NCBI GenBank assembly: GCA_020184695.1
Contig: JAANOX010000126.1
Span: 1-64,000 of the forward strand
Direction of reading: 5' to 3'
Source of the DNA: Histomonas meleagridis 2922-C6/04-290x
Taxonomy: Eukaryota; Protista; Parabasalia
DNA: 64,000 nt
Both the position numbers and the translations under genes were made by a program. Under the pieces are notes generated by a model. It was not told the origin of the DNA. It did no database searches and saw only the letters and a list, made by a program, of their open reading frames with translations. Below, piece by piece: positions 53,133-64,000 of this stretch. Every line of letters starts with the position of its first letter. Position 1 is the stretch's first letter.

Positions 53133-55121
53133 ATGAAACCAAACCCAGAAAAAAAAGCAGAAGAATTAGTATGGGAAAATTCAATGCTTCCTCCTAATCC
53201 AGAATATCCTCCTTATTTTCGCCCTGTTTCATCTACATTTCCAATATCAAAAGAAGTTGCAAATTCATGTAAAATCCCATTTGGTGTAGTAATTTCACCA
53301 GCTCTTATTGCAGATCCACCAGTTTCTGATTGTTCGGAAACCACTCTTCTTCGCTGTCCTAAATGTTCATCTTTCATCACCCCTTATTCTGAAGTAACTA
53401 AAGGCAACCAAGAATGGAAATGTGTATTCTGTGGGTATCGTACTCTTCATCTTCGTGGTGAAATTTATAATCGACCTGAAGTTCAATCATCAGTAGTTGA
53501 TATAATCACACCAAAGTCATTTATTCGCAAACCTCATCTTAATCCTTCATTTCTTTTTATATTTGACATATCATATTCATCACTTAAATCCAACTTTGCA
53601 CAAAATGCAGCAAAGTCAGTACTTGCATCACTTTCATGTTTAAGTGATGACACATATTTCTCACTTATAACCATTGACAACAATCTCACAATCTATGATA
53701 TCCAAAAGAATCGCCGAGTTGTTTTTTCAGAGCTTGACGAAGTTATATTTTCACTTTCGATCTGTAAACTAAAACCATTTCGCGAACGGGTCACAAAATT
53801 ATTAACAGAAATCCAAAACATGACATATGAAAATGCCAAAAAAGGGCATTGCTTTGGTAATGCGTTAGAAGCTGCTTCCACTTTACTAAGTCAAACAGGC
53901 GGCATCATAATATCATTTATATATGGATCACCAACAATTGGTCCATATCAAATTGGCACACGATCAAAAGATGATTTACTTAATGAGCCAAAGTTATTAC
54001 GTATGAGTCAAACTCCTGAATCCAAATTTTATCGAGATATATCATATATCTTATCTGAGAACTCTATTTCACATTATTTATTTGCTACATCTGATACATT
54101 TATAGATCTCGGAGTATTAGGCGTACCATCTGGTATTACAGGAGGCAAATGTAAGTTTTATAAGAACTATTCAACAGAACAATATTCTAAATTACATTTT
54201 GATATATATCAAGTTATGTCATCGAAATATTTTTATGATGTACAAATCCGAGCTCGAATTAGCGATGGATTTACTATCAAAAGAATTCATGCGAATTGTT
54301 CACATAAAGAACATAATGCAATTACATTATCATCATTTTCATCAAATGATTCATTTGCTATCGAATTCGATGTCGAACCACATGTAACAAAGAATGTAAT
54401 ATATATACAATTTGTTGTGTTATTTACAAATGAATTAAAACTACGAAAACTTCGAGTATTAACATTCCCATTACAAATAAGTGATGATCCAAATAAAATA
54501 CTTTCGAATATTGACGAAGCCGTTTTAATAACTCTTTTAGCGAAAAGAAGCGTAATAAAAATGTTAACAAATGGCCCAATGCAAGCAGCTTCTTCATTTG
54601 TTGAAGATATAAAGAAAATTAATTTCTCAAATAGAATCGAAAAGATTTCTTTTGGCTTTTTAAGAAGTAATTTCTTGGCTAGAAAATATCCGAATGGTGT
54701 TGATGGCCGATTTTCGCATATAATTGAAATGAGATCTATTGGTATAATTGATTTGTTATTATATATGTATCCACGATTAATGTGCGTGAATGGAAAAATT
54801 TTAAATATTTCGAATGATATAATATTAAATGAAAATGTTTTGATTTTACATACAAATGATTTGATTATAATTTGGGGTAAAAATAAAGAAGTTTTATGCG
54901 ATTTATTAAAATGTGATGATAATTTTGATTTGTCTTTAGTAAAAATGAATGAAATAAAATCAGAAGAATTAAATAATATAATCGAAAAATGTATGGAAAT
55001 TAGTTACCATTGGCTCCCTGTAAGAGGACTATATGGTGATGATGCTTTAAAGCCATTCTTGTTCGAGGGTAAAATCAATAATGATTTCGATTTCACAAGA
55101 TGGTTAACAAACTGTAAATAA
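53133..55121 (+). CDS. SEC24: COPII coat Sec24-like protein
   Basis: Motifs: YFRPVSSTFP...KIPFGVVISP, zinc finger LRCPKCSSFITPY...WKCVFC, FLFIFDISY (trunk/vWA), GHCFGNALEAA and IRARISDG. Confidence 0.88.
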   Translation: MKPNPEKKAEELVWENSMLPPNPEYPPYFRPVSSTFPISKEVANSCKIPFGVVISPALIADPPVSDCSETTLLRCPKCSSFITPYSEVTKGNQEWKCVFCGYRTLHLRGEIYNRPEVQSSVVDIITPKSFIRKPHLNPSFLFIFDISYSSLKSNFAQNAAKSVLASLSCLSDDTYFSLITIDNNLTIYDIQKNRRVVFSELDEVIFSLSICKLKPFRERVTKLLTEIQNMTYENAKKGHCFGNALEAASTLLSQTGGIIISFIYGSPTIGPYQIGTRSKDDLLNEPKLLRMSQTPESKFYRDISYILSENSISHYLFATSDTFIDLGVLGVPSGITGGKCKFYKNYSTEQYSKLHFDIYQVMSSKYFYDVQIRARISDGFTIKRIHANCSHKEHNAITLSSFSSNDSFAIEFDVEPHVTKNVIYIQFVVLFTNELKLRKLRVLTFPLQISDDPNKILSNIDEAVLITLLAKRSVIKMLTNGPMQAASSFVEDIKKINFSNRIEKISFGFLRSNFLARKYPNGVDGRFSHIIEMRSIGIIDLLLYMYPRLMCVNGKILNISNDIILNENVLILHTNDLIIIWGKNKEVLCDLLKCDDNFDLSLVKMNEIKSEELNNIIEKCMEISYHWLPVRGLYGDDALKPFLFEGKINNDFDFTRWLTNCK

Positions 55122-55282
55122 ATAAAAAATAGAGTATTTTTATAATTTGAACTTATGATGTTATTAATTGGAAAATCCCTTCACCAAAATTAATATATTA
55201 ATCTGATTGCATAAATTAATAAATATATTTAAAATAAAATTAAATTTTAAAATGAGATAAACATTATCTTCAAAATCTTGGA

Positions 55283-56229
55283 TTTATGTATTGTGATGCC
55301 CATTTTAACTGAAAAATAAGAGAAATCATTAAATTTAAGAATAATCGATTAAATTCAAGTGGAGTAAAATGACATTTATTTTCATTTTTTTGAAAAACCA
55401 TTTTCCAAGATATGGGTCAACATCGAACTATTTTTGTAGGGAATCTCAAATATTCTGTTACAGAAGAAGAACTTCGTCATGAATTTGAAAAATATGGTGA
55501 AATTGAAAAGTGTATTATTCCAAAACGACCGAACGGTTCATCATCAGGGCTTGGTATTATTGATTTTTCGAAAGATTCCGAAGCAGAAACAGCACATGAT
55601 GCGTTAGATCAAACTGAACTTTTAGGTCGTAAGTGTTATATTACGTATGGTGATGATGAAGTTAATAATAAACCACGTCCACCACGTCGTCGTGATGAAG
55701 ATTATGAACGAAATTATCGTCGTCGTTCACGTTATGATTCATCCGATGAATATGAAGATCGCCGAGATCGTTATGGATATCATAGTCATTATCGTGATAA
55801 TGATCATTATCGAGATAGCTATCGTTATCGAGATAGTTATAGATATCGAGATAGTGATCGAGATCGCTCACGAGATTATGATCGATATCGAGACGAAGAT
55901 CGATATTCATATCGTCCACGAGATTATGTTAGTTCACGTGATCGTGATCGTGATATTGAACGAGATCGCTATCGAGAAGAACGGAGTCCACGTCGAACAT
56001 CGCGATATGAAGACTCAGAATGAAATAATGAAGTAACGAATGCTTCGAAGACTAAAGAAGACTAAAGAAGATTAAAGAAGACATTTGAAAAGCTTTTGGA
56101 AGATAGGAAGAAATAATGAAATATTTTAGTTGAAGAAATTCAATATTTCATGAGTTTAATAATTGTTATAATGTATATAATAAGATATATCATGTTGTAT
56201 TTGGTATAAATATAAAACAATTGAAATTT
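55283..56229 (+). repeat. Left arm of 947-bp inverted duplication
   Basis: Reverse complement of 59423-60369. One substitution was noticed at 56052, in a 3x10-nt gactaaagaa/gattaaagaa microrepeat. Confidence 0.95.
55412..56023 (+). CDS. SR-like RNA-binding protein (RRM + RD/RS/RY-rich tail)
   Basis: RNP2 IFVGNL and RNP1-like GLGIIDF, followed by an RDRY/RSR-rich low-complexity tail. Confidence 0.88.
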   Translation: MGQHRTIFVGNLKYSVTEEELRHEFEKYGEIEKCIIPKRPNGSSSGLGIIDFSKDSEAETAHDALDQTELLGRKCYITYGDDEVNNKPRPPRRRDEDYERNYRRRSRYDSSDEYEDRRDRYGYHSHYRDNDHYRDSYRYRDSYRYRDSDRDRSRDYDRYRDEDRYSYRPRDYVSSRDRDRDIERDRYREERSPRRTSRYEDSE

Positions 56230-56380
56230 CATACGTTAGATTAAATAATATGAATTGATGCATGAAGAAGATTTTTATTGTACAATAAAAAATAAAATGC
56301 GGAAATGATGTTATTTCACTTCTTGATTTTGCAAAATTAAATTAATTTGTGTTTACAAACAGATTTTATTTAACAATATT

Positions 56381-57820
56381 TCAGCCAAACTCAGGGAAAG
56401 CTTCAGACATAATAACGTCAATTGGGTTTCGTTCATTCAGAGGTTCAACATCTATTTCCTCCTCTTCGATTTGGTCCAATTCCAACAAAATATTATTTGC
56501 TAATTGAGCACATTCATCATCAAAATCGGATTCAGCAATCTCAGAAATCACATTCAAACCATTAACATCGTTAAGATTACTCATGAAAAAAGCCTTTTCT
56601 TTTGGGTTAGTTTCAATCACATATGAGTTCAAAAATCTCAAAATTAATGCCAAAAGTTGTCTGCTAAGTTCTACATCTTCTAACCCAAACATATTTATTA
56701 CACTCGAAATCAGTCCAATGAATAGCATTTGCTTAAAATCTTCAGCAGATGCAAAATTTGCAATAAATGAAAGACAATAACCTGCTTGTTTTTTGCATTT
56801 AAAGTTACCATGTTGAATCTTAGTCTTAAGATTTGATAGTAGTTCATAGTTTCGAAATGTTTCGAAAAGTGTGTTATCAAATTTGATAAGTTCAGAAATA
56901 AAAATCATTGATTCAATTGATAAATGATCATCATCATGTACAATAAATGGAACTAATATTGTGCCATCAATACAACATACTTGCGTTTGCTGGAAAATAA
57001 TTTCCAGTAAAGAGATAACGTTCCTTTTTGATTCGATTAAACCGTCGTGTTGTAAAATATTTTCAAAGTAAAAACCGTAATTTTGGAACGTTAAAATCGA
57101 GTTTTCATCTTTGGTGTTGACGAGAAAATAAATAAGACTTGTAACTTGATCAGGCCAAACAAAACCAAGGTTTTGGATAATTGAATCAAATGAATTTAGA
57201 ATTAATTGGGTATCTAGTGGAAAATTATAATATGATTGGATGAGTTCAAGAAGATTTTTAATAAGTTGTGATTCTGGATCTTGTTCAAATTGGAATTGAA
57301 TAAGAGATAATACATCTGGAAGTGGAAATAAATTTAAAACAAAATCTCGTACATTTGGTGATGTATAACAAATGACTTGGATAAGAGAAACATGAACACA
57401 AGATTCTTCTGTTGGATTTTGATGAATGTATTCAAGCAATACAGGAATAACTTGAGGAACATATTGAGAAGAAATTTCTGGGTTATAAAATCTATAAAAT
57501 TTCTTTAGTGCTAAAATTGCTGCTTTTCTTATAAATGGAGGAACATCTGGTTGAAGAAGTTCTATAACTTTTGAAAAAATCTGAGTTGAACGAAATGAAA
57601 CATAGTCCGAAATTTTAATTTTTGATGAATAACTAGCTAGCTGATTTAGTGTTCGGTCAAGTGCAAGTTCATCTTTTTTATCATAAGCATCGCAAAATTT
57701 TGATATTATTTCTACAAAGTGTTCTTCATCTTCTATAAGACTTTTTTCTTCTTGACTTGTTTTAAGAGAATTTTTATTAGAATTTTTTTTCCTAGATTTA
57801 TAATTTCCCCTTAAATTCAT
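56381..57820 (-). CDS. ARM/HEAT-repeat protein, importin-alpha-like
   Basis: Helical repeats, including GNFKCKKQAGYCLSFIANF and FIGLISSVINMFGLEDVEL. Confidence 0.6.
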   Translation of the reverse strand: MNLRGNYKSRKKNSNKNSLKTSQEEKSLIEDEEHFVEIISKFCDAYDKKDELALDRTLNQLASYSSKIKISDYVSFRSTQIFSKVIELLQPDVPPFIRKAAILALKKFYRFYNPEISSQYVPQVIPVLLEYIHQNPTEESCVHVSLIQVICYTSPNVRDFVLNLFPLPDVLSLIQFQFEQDPESQLIKNLLELIQSYYNFPLDTQLILNSFDSIIQNLGFVWPDQVTSLIYFLVNTKDENSILTFQNYGFYFENILQHDGLIESKRNVISLLEIIFQQTQVCCIDGTILVPFIVHDDDHLSIESMIFISELIKFDNTLFETFRNYELLSNLKTKIQHGNFKCKKQAGYCLSFIANFASAEDFKQMLFIGLISSVINMFGLEDVELSRQLLALILRFLNSYVIETNPKEKAFFMSNLNDVNGLNVISEIAESDFDDECAQLANNILLELDQIEEEEIDVEPLNERNPIDVIMSEAFPEFG

Positions 57821-58089
57821 TAAAATTTTGATGATGTCATTTTATTTTTTTTATCAATTTTTTTGTCTTTTTTAACCGTAATTGTACGTTAAAATAATGA
57901 AGTTGGGTTGATATCATTTCAAGAGAAAGACAATACATTGTTGTTAAATGAGGTCCACGATCTCAAAAATAAATTTCGAATAATTGTTGAAGATATTGGG
58001 TGAATGTTCGGGCTTCCACAGTCTATTTACAATCTTCAAAAACAATGGAAAGGTTTATGGCGGTTTAAAGTGACAGCAATGTTGAAGGA

Positions 58090-58750
58090 ATGAGCAACAG
58101 TTCACCTAATACCATATCACGTAAAGTTCTTTTGATAGGAGAATCTGCTCTTAAAGGTGTTTTTTCAGTGGCGTCAACTGAAGAAAATTTTGTTTTCGAT
58201 GGGAAATTATTGTCATCAATTGGTGTTGATATGAAATTCTTCACAAAAACTGTTTTAGAGAAAGATATCAAGTTAACCATTTTTAACGCAGAAAGTTCAG
58301 AGAATGCAAAGAACACCAACTGTGTATTATATGGGTTGTAATGCAATAATATATTTATACAGTACATCATCTCGAAATACGATGGAAATAAGGAAAGACC
58401 ATATAGGCCGTGATATGGAAAGCGCAAGTCAAATTTTTGGAAACAATAATCCTTTTCTTTACGTTGTTCGCTTAAATGTTGGGGGCAATGAAGAAGTTTC
58501 ATCTGCAGAAGGAGAAGAAATTGCACATAAGTGTGGGGCTAAATTTATTGAAGCAACAGTATTCGAGCCAAATACGTGTCGGCATGTTTTGGATGTCATA
58601 TCAGAAGATTTAGTTGACGAATTTCTTAAGTAACAACAACCAGTAAAAGAAACGAATACAGTACAAAAACAAAGTCAAGAAAAGGAAATTAATCAGGAAA
58701 AAAGTCTGTCTAATTCAGTAAAATTTAAGCGAAAAATATTTTTTAATATA
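58090..58750 (+). pseudogene. Degenerate Rab-like small GTPase (frameshift about 58300, premature TAA 58631-58633)
   Basis: RKVLLIGES, SSIGVDMKFFTKTV...IKLTIFNAESSE | MQRTPTVYYMGCNAIIYLY...EVSSAEGEEIAHKCGAKFIEAT; the frame continues past TAA as a Q/E/K-rich hypervariable-like tail. G1 and G3 motifs are degenerate. Confidence 0.7.
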
Positions 58751-59160
58751 ATTTTGTGAAAAACAACTCAAATAAAAGTTAAAACATGTTTTCATGTTAT
58801 TACTCATTCAATGAAATAATACAATAATAAACATAAGTTTAAAGAGATTTTTGTATTTCTTCTGATTTCATTAAGAAAATAACATCAAATTATGCTGTTT
58901 CATATTTCCATATTTTGACATACTATAAGATATTATATGCCACATGATGATTATGTCTTGCTGATATATTTAAACACGTAAATGAAATTTATTATGAATG
59001 TATTTGGTTATTCGAGGGTGCAGAAGTTGAGTGCACTCTGTTGAATCATGGAAGTGATAAAAGAATCTATGGGATTTAAACAAAAATGTTTAGATAAACT
59101 GTCTATTCGAAACAATCCTAATATTGATGTTGTTTGCTTACATGATGATGTTTATGAATT

Positions 59161-59280
59161 ACTTGCCGCCATGTTTTAGATGCCATAACAGAAGATTTAA
59201 TAAAACAGTTTCATGAACAAACAAAAGTTGAGAAAACGAACCCAAATCTAAAAGCTTTTGTTTTATTCAGTAAAATTTAA
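59161..59280 (+). pseudogene. 3' fragment of a second, paralogous Rab-like gene
   Basis: TCRHVLDAITEDLIKQF aligns with TCRHVLDVISEDLVDEF at about 58573. The downstream ttcagtaaaatttaa(g/t)cgaaaaatatttttt is also shared. Confidence 0.7.
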
Positions 59281-59422
59281 TCGAAAAATATTTTTTTTAT
59301 ATAAATATTTTATCAAACAATTTATATTTTTTAGCATGATATGAAACAATGCAAAAACAAACAAAAATTTGAACAGTTTTTAAATTTATTTATGTAATTA
59401 ATAACATGAAACATAATAAAAC

Positions 59423-60369
59423 AAATTTCAATTGTTTTATATTTATACCAAATACAACATGATATATCTTATTATATACATTATAACAATTATTAAACTC
59501 ATGAAATATTGAATTTCTTCAACTAAAATATTTCATTATTTCTTCCTATCTTCCAAAAGCTTTTCAAATGTCTTCTTTAATCTTCTTTAATCTTCTTTAG
59601 TCTTCGAAGCATTCGTTACTTCATTATTTCATTCTGAGTCTTCATATCGCGATGTTCGACGTGGACTCCGTTCTTCTCGATAGCGATCTCGTTCAATATC
59701 ACGATCACGATCACGTGAACTAACATAATCTCGTGGACGATATGAATATCGATCTTCGTCTCGATATCGATCATAATCTCGTGAGCGATCTCGATCACTA
59801 TCTCGATATCTATAACTATCTCGATAACGATAGCTATCTCGATAATGATCATTATCACGATAATGACTATGATATCCATAACGATCTCGGCGATCTTCAT
59901 ATTCATCGGATGAATCATAACGTGAACGACGACGATAATTTCGTTCATAATCTTCATCACGACGACGTGGTGGACGTGGTTTATTATTAACTTCATCATC
60001 ACCATACGTAATATAACACTTACGACCTAAAAGTTCAGTTTGATCTAACGCATCATGTGCTGTTTCTGCTTCGGAATCTTTCGAAAAATCAATAATACCA
60101 AGCCCTGATGATGAACCGTTCGGTCGTTTTGGAATAATACACTTTTCAATTTCACCATATTTTTCAAATTCATGACGAAGTTCTTCTTCTGTAACAGAAT
60201 ATTTGAGATTCCCTACAAAAATAGTTCGATGTTGACCCATATCTTGGAAAATGGTTTTTCAAAAAAATGAAAATAAATGTCATTTTACTCCACTTGAATT
60301 TAATCGATTATTCTTAAATTTAATGATTTCTCTTATTTTTCAGTTAAAATGGGCATCACAATACATAAA
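59423..60369 (-). repeat. Right arm of 947-bp inverted duplication
   Basis: Reverse complement of 55283-56229; both boundaries give the same length. Confidence 0.95.
59629..60240 (-). CDS. SR-like RRM protein, second copy with identical protein sequence
   Basis: The translation is identical to 55412-56023. Confidence 0.88.
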   Translation of the reverse strand: MGQHRTIFVGNLKYSVTEEELRHEFEKYGEIEKCIIPKRPNGSSSGLGIIDFSKDSEAETAHDALDQTELLGRKCYITYGDDEVNNKPRPPRRRDEDYERNYRRRSRYDSSDEYEDRRDRYGYHSHYRDNDHYRDSYRYRDSYRYRDSDRDRSRDYDRYRDEDRYSYRPRDYVSSRDRDRDIERDRYREERSPRRTSRYEDSE

Positions 60370-60442
60370 CTAAAATTATTCCTAATGTACATTAAAAACA
60401 TTTGATTTTTATTAATAAAATCTGAAGAAAATAAAACAGATG

Positions 60443-61852
60443 TTATTTGCTTGAATAAACCTTCTTAACAAGTCTATTTTTCTTTTGCTGATTTAATGCA
60501 TTCGATTTATATGATTCATATTTAGCAAAAGACCAATTCTCCGACTCAATGAAGTTGTCGCTTTCATCAAATGGAGCTGAAAATGCAAAATATGCAGCGG
60601 CTGGTGTTAAGATTGGCCTTTGACCAGAAAAGTCTTTAACTAAATTGCTATCAATTTTGTCAGACATTTCCTTTATTTGTGTTATCATTGATGAAAGCTT
60701 TGGTGCTTCAAATCTATTGTTTTCATTTGATTCATTTTTTGGTGATTCATGAAGAATCCCAATTAAAACAGAACGTACAAATGTCGAACATTCATTAAGA
60801 AATGTTATAAATGACTCATGTTCTTGTGTTAATTTAAATTCTTTTTTCTTTTTTGGGGTGTCCTGTTCACTAACGTTCTTCTTTTCGGGGTGCTCCGTTT
60901 TTAACGGTTTCTTTTTTCTTTGAGTTAAAATTCTCTCTTTTTCTTGAAACTCGGACTTTACTGCTCTAAGTTTAGATAAAACTTTGTTCTGCTCTTCTTC
61001 TTGGTCTTTAAGTTCTTGATTTTTTTGATCTTGTTCTTCAATTTCATGAATAAGTGAGTTGTTTTCTTCTTCAATTGATTGATTTAGATCTGCCATTTGA
61101 TTTGTAGATTCTAACTGAGAATTTAAGCTTTGAAGATGTGCTTCGGATTGGGTGAGAAATATAGCTGTGAGATTGCTAATATCACCAGGCTGAAGATGTA
61201 ATGCTTCTGCACGCGCTTGCTTTATAGCATCTGCGAGAATGTCTTGATGTTTTTTCATTTTAGTTTGAATGTTTTGACGTGCTTCATTGATATTTTCATT
61301 GCATGAAATACGATTTTGATGGATTGAAAATTTGATTTCAGAAAGTTGAGATTTATATTCTTCTGATTGCTTTTGCCATTCTGCATAGTGATTTAGTTTG
61401 TTTTCGATCTCTTTGGATTCTTTTAAAAGTTTATTCTTTTTTTCAATAAAATCAGTTTTTGTTTGATCGATCTTTTTTCTTTGTTCCTCTTCTGATTCTC
61501 TGATAGATTTTTTTACGTTTTCTAATTCAGTTTTAAGTTGTTTTATTTTTGCTTTTAATTCTGTGATTTTTGTTGCTGCAGAAATATCAACCTTTTCATT
61601 ATCAATTTCTCGAGCTGCTATTATTTTTTCTATTTCTTTTATTTGTCCCAAATTTTCTTTTTCGACATTTGAAAGTTCTTGTGCTGAGGAATGTTCAATC
61701 ATTGAGTTCACTGTAAGTCTTGGAATATCTTTTTTCCATTGGGCGATATCTTCAAGCGTATTTTCTACTTGTTTATCCTTTCTGTTTTGGATCTGTGATT
61801 TAGTATTTCTCGTTTCGTTTATAAAAAATAACGAACTATAAATGTAAATCAT
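60443..61852 (-). CDS. Long coiled-coil protein, possibly flagellar/basal-body (CFAP157-like)
   Basis: 469-aa heptad-rich ORF. The family guess is weak. Confidence 0.55.
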   Translation of the reverse strand: MIYIYSSLFFINETRNTKSQIQNRKDKQVENTLEDIAQWKKDIPRLTVNSMIEHSSAQELSNVEKENLGQIKEIEKIIAAREIDNEKVDISAATKITELKAKIKQLKTELENVKKSIRESEEEQRKKIDQTKTDFIEKKNKLLKESKEIENKLNHYAEWQKQSEEYKSQLSEIKFSIHQNRISCNENINEARQNIQTKMKKHQDILADAIKQARAEALHLQPGDISNLTAIFLTQSEAHLQSLNSQLESTNQMADLNQSIEEENNSLIHEIEEQDQKNQELKDQEEEQNKVLSKLRAVKSEFQEKERILTQRKKKPLKTEHPEKKNVSEQDTPKKKKEFKLTQEHESFITFLNECSTFVRSVLIGILHESPKNESNENNRFEAPKLSSMITQIKEMSDKIDSNLVKDFSGQRPILTPAAAYFAFSAPFDESDNFIESENWSFAKYESYKSNALNQQKKNRLVKKVYSSK

Positions 61853-62164
61853 TCAAAATAAATCTTCCAATTTTTTAAGTAAAATTCCTTCTTTATACAG
61901 GTTAAACATATAATAACTATTTTCTTAGTGGGACTTCATTACGAAGTGATCTTTAGTTAGTAAAAATTTTTATAAATTGAAAAATCAAATTAAATATAAT
62001 TTAGTGTTTTTTAATTACTTCGTATACAAAACAGAAAACAGCATTTATTTCTTGTGTTGATACAATGCAAAAGTAAATAACATGGCAATCATTTCAGTAT
62101 TTTCCCAAATTTTTCCTGATATGTGTTTACTTATGAAAAAGTGGAATGTGGTCCGACTCAGAAA

Positions 62165-63490
62165 ATGTCTCAGCCAATCGATCTTTCTAATATACTCCAA
62201 TTTTTCCCAGAACAGGAAAAATCTACACCTCCATATTTTTATAAGGTTTGCTTATCAGACGAAGTTGCAAGTAAAATTACTTATTCTTTACCACAATCAC
62301 AAACTATTCAAAGATCAAATCCACAATTCCCAGCTCTAAAAGAAATCGAAGATGTTGTTGAAACAACACCTGGAACACGTCAAACAAAGAAGAAGGTTCA
62401 AACAGCTGCATACTCACCTTATGATTTCAAACAATCTTGCGAAATTCCAATTGATAAAAAGCCTATTGGATCATATGATACTCAACTTCAAACAGCCAAC
62501 CTCAAAGAAACACCACAGATCAAAGATATCAAAATTATGGGTACAACAGCTCTTTTCAACAAGAAGCTCATTGGTATTCGTAGGTCAATTAGACATCCAC
62601 TTCCAGCAGCCACACCTCCAGAAATAATACCAATTGAAGAAGATCCAATTATCAAAGAAATTGCATCTACTCCATCAGAACAACCTCTTCGTGTATTTGC
62701 TACTGCCAAAGCACTTGCTGCCATTGCTGTATGCCAAAGATCTGTATTTCCACTTGATCTTCAATTCCAAAAGAAAGGCAAAGATGTCTATATTATCACA
62801 GGCAAGAACTCACCAGCTGTTGTTGAAACATCACTTGAAACCATCACCACCCAAATGGTTGTTCAAAGAGATCGTATGACTTTAGAATTTATGGAGAATA
62901 TTAATGAAACATGTAAAGTTAATGAATCATTTATCCAACGATCCACTGAAGGACAAGATCCAATTAAGCTAGGCGATGATTCTCCTCTTCCAACCCTTTA
63001 CCGTAGCATTGTAATTGGCGGAATCGAGTTCATCATTCGCTGTCGCATTGATGCGCTTCTCGATGTGCCAAAACCAGACGAACCCCTCAAATTAGCGGTT
63101 TGTCGTGTTTTCAACGACATACCATCTGTGTTACGTAAGAACCCATGGATGAACCTTGAAGATCGCCGTGGTACCATATTCATCAACGAAGTTAATGCGA
63201 ACTCGGCTAAAGTTGCAAGATGGGCAGCACTTAGCCGCTTAATCGGGGCAGAGAAATGTATGATTGGTTACGCAATTAGAAAGACACCAACTGCAAAGGA
63301 ACCACATATACTTTTGGGTGTGGAACAACATGCTACTGATAAATTCTCTCATGAAATATCACTCACACAAGGAAATATTTATGGCGTCTTAACAACAATA
63401 TTCGGAAGATTACAAGACGCAGATGATGGAAGATACCTGTTTACAAGAGACTCAAAGCAAAAGAAGACTTATAGCATATATCAGCTTTAG
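62165..63490 (+). CDS. EIF3D: Eukaryotic translation initiation factor 3 subunit D
   Basis: FIIRCRIDA and INEVNANSAKVARWAALSRLIGAEKCMIGY...HILLGVEQ...EISLTQGNIYGVL match eIF3d C-terminal motifs. The ATG at 62165 is preferred over the GTG start. Confidence 0.8.
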   Translation: MSQPIDLSNILQFFPEQEKSTPPYFYKVCLSDEVASKITYSLPQSQTIQRSNPQFPALKEIEDVVETTPGTRQTKKKVQTAAYSPYDFKQSCEIPIDKKPIGSYDTQLQTANLKETPQIKDIKIMGTTALFNKKLIGIRRSIRHPLPAATPPEIIPIEEDPIIKEIASTPSEQPLRVFATAKALAAIAVCQRSVFPLDLQFQKKGKDVYIITGKNSPAVVETSLETITTQMVVQRDRMTLEFMENINETCKVNESFIQRSTEGQDPIKLGDDSPLPTLYRSIVIGGIEFIIRCRIDALLDVPKPDEPLKLAVCRVFNDIPSVLRKNPWMNLEDRRGTIFINEVNANSAKVARWAALSRLIGAEKCMIGYAIRKTPTAKEPHILLGVEQHATDKFSHEISLTQGNIYGVLTTIFGRLQDADDGRYLFTRDSKQKKTYSIYQL

Positions 63491-64000
63491 AGAATTTACA
63501 GACCAAATGGGAATAAAGAACATTTATTCTATGTTTGTTTTTAGGTTAAATAGAACTTTCGTTTCAAAATATTTTGCAGTGTTGCTACTGATATGTATTG
63601 TTATTTTTGGTGTCAAATTTAATACAGTAAAAAATATAAAAAGATACATAAAAACATATAATTTATTAATATATTTAGTAAAATTTGATTTCAAGTAATT
63701 ACAAACATTTTTCATTAAATAAGGAAATTTAATACAAACACGAACATATTTTTTATACCTCACAAAATACTAAGAGTTGTAAGCTTACAAAAATAGTAAT
63801 AAAATGAAAATTAGAATTATAATATATTATATAGTTAATAACCTCTTAACAGGACATTTTAACTAGATAAAGATGTTCTAATTTCAAATCAATTAATTTG
63901 AATTGATATATGGTCAAACAGGTCTGAGTTTGAATTATTTATATCAAAAGTGATAATACCAGCTGCTCGTGGCAAACTGACATAAATTTCAGTTCAAACT

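Noticed and set aside
55647-56036. Overlapping ORFs MVMMKLII... and MDDMNIDL... (also their mirror copies at 59616-60005 and 59733-59990)
   Set aside because: Shadow frames of the RD/RS low-complexity tail.
58994-59180. MNVFGYSRVQK... inside the invertible cassette resembles the start of a serine recombinase (FGYARVS)
   Set aside because: The catalytic Ser is absent (YSRVQ), there is an in-frame TGA after 16 codons, and no later resolvase motifs appear; likely chance.
1-64000. Apparent clustering of trafficking genes (COPG, Sec24, BEACH x2, SAC, Rab-like), two PP2A subunits and two eIFs
   Set aside because: These families are large in parabasalids; orientations are mixed and no shared regulatory element is visible, so chance is sufficient.

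Overview
AT-rich, gene-dense, nearly intron-free eukaryotic DNA, most likely from a parabasalid (Trichomonas/Tritrichomonas-like). This is inferred from the BspA-type LRR surface protein, DUF3447-like ankyrin genes, BTB-BACK-discoidin and BEACH paralogs, TCATT initiator-like elements and TAAA overlapping stop codons. About 25 protein genes or relics and one tRNA-Arg(TCT) are present, including XPO6-like exportin, SRP72, UMP-CMP kinase, PP2A B'' and B55, SAC9-like phosphatase, eIF2-gamma, gamma-COP, Sec24 and eIF3d. Main novelty: an ankyrin gene (32341-34378) in which every repeat is cut at the same position by an 80-nt AT-rich spacer (170-nt period, 5 units). The spacers break the frame and have no GT-AG/ACTAAC signals, yet the ankyrin modules stay open and protein-like. 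Removing 68 nt restores a 34-aa repeat and the natural stop. The same spacer occurs at two other loci, so this is a candidate non-canonical intron or recoding element family. Other highlights: a Pin1(WW+parvulin)-CstF77 fusion; an in-frame 90-nt spliceosomal intron hidden in an ORF; a 947-bp inverted duplication of an SR-type RRM gene around a 3.2-kb cassette; a copied PP2A-B55 promoter upstream of BspA; and a BTB-4xUBL protein ending in a di-Gly precursor motif. All family assignments come from motif recognition by eye; no searches were run.
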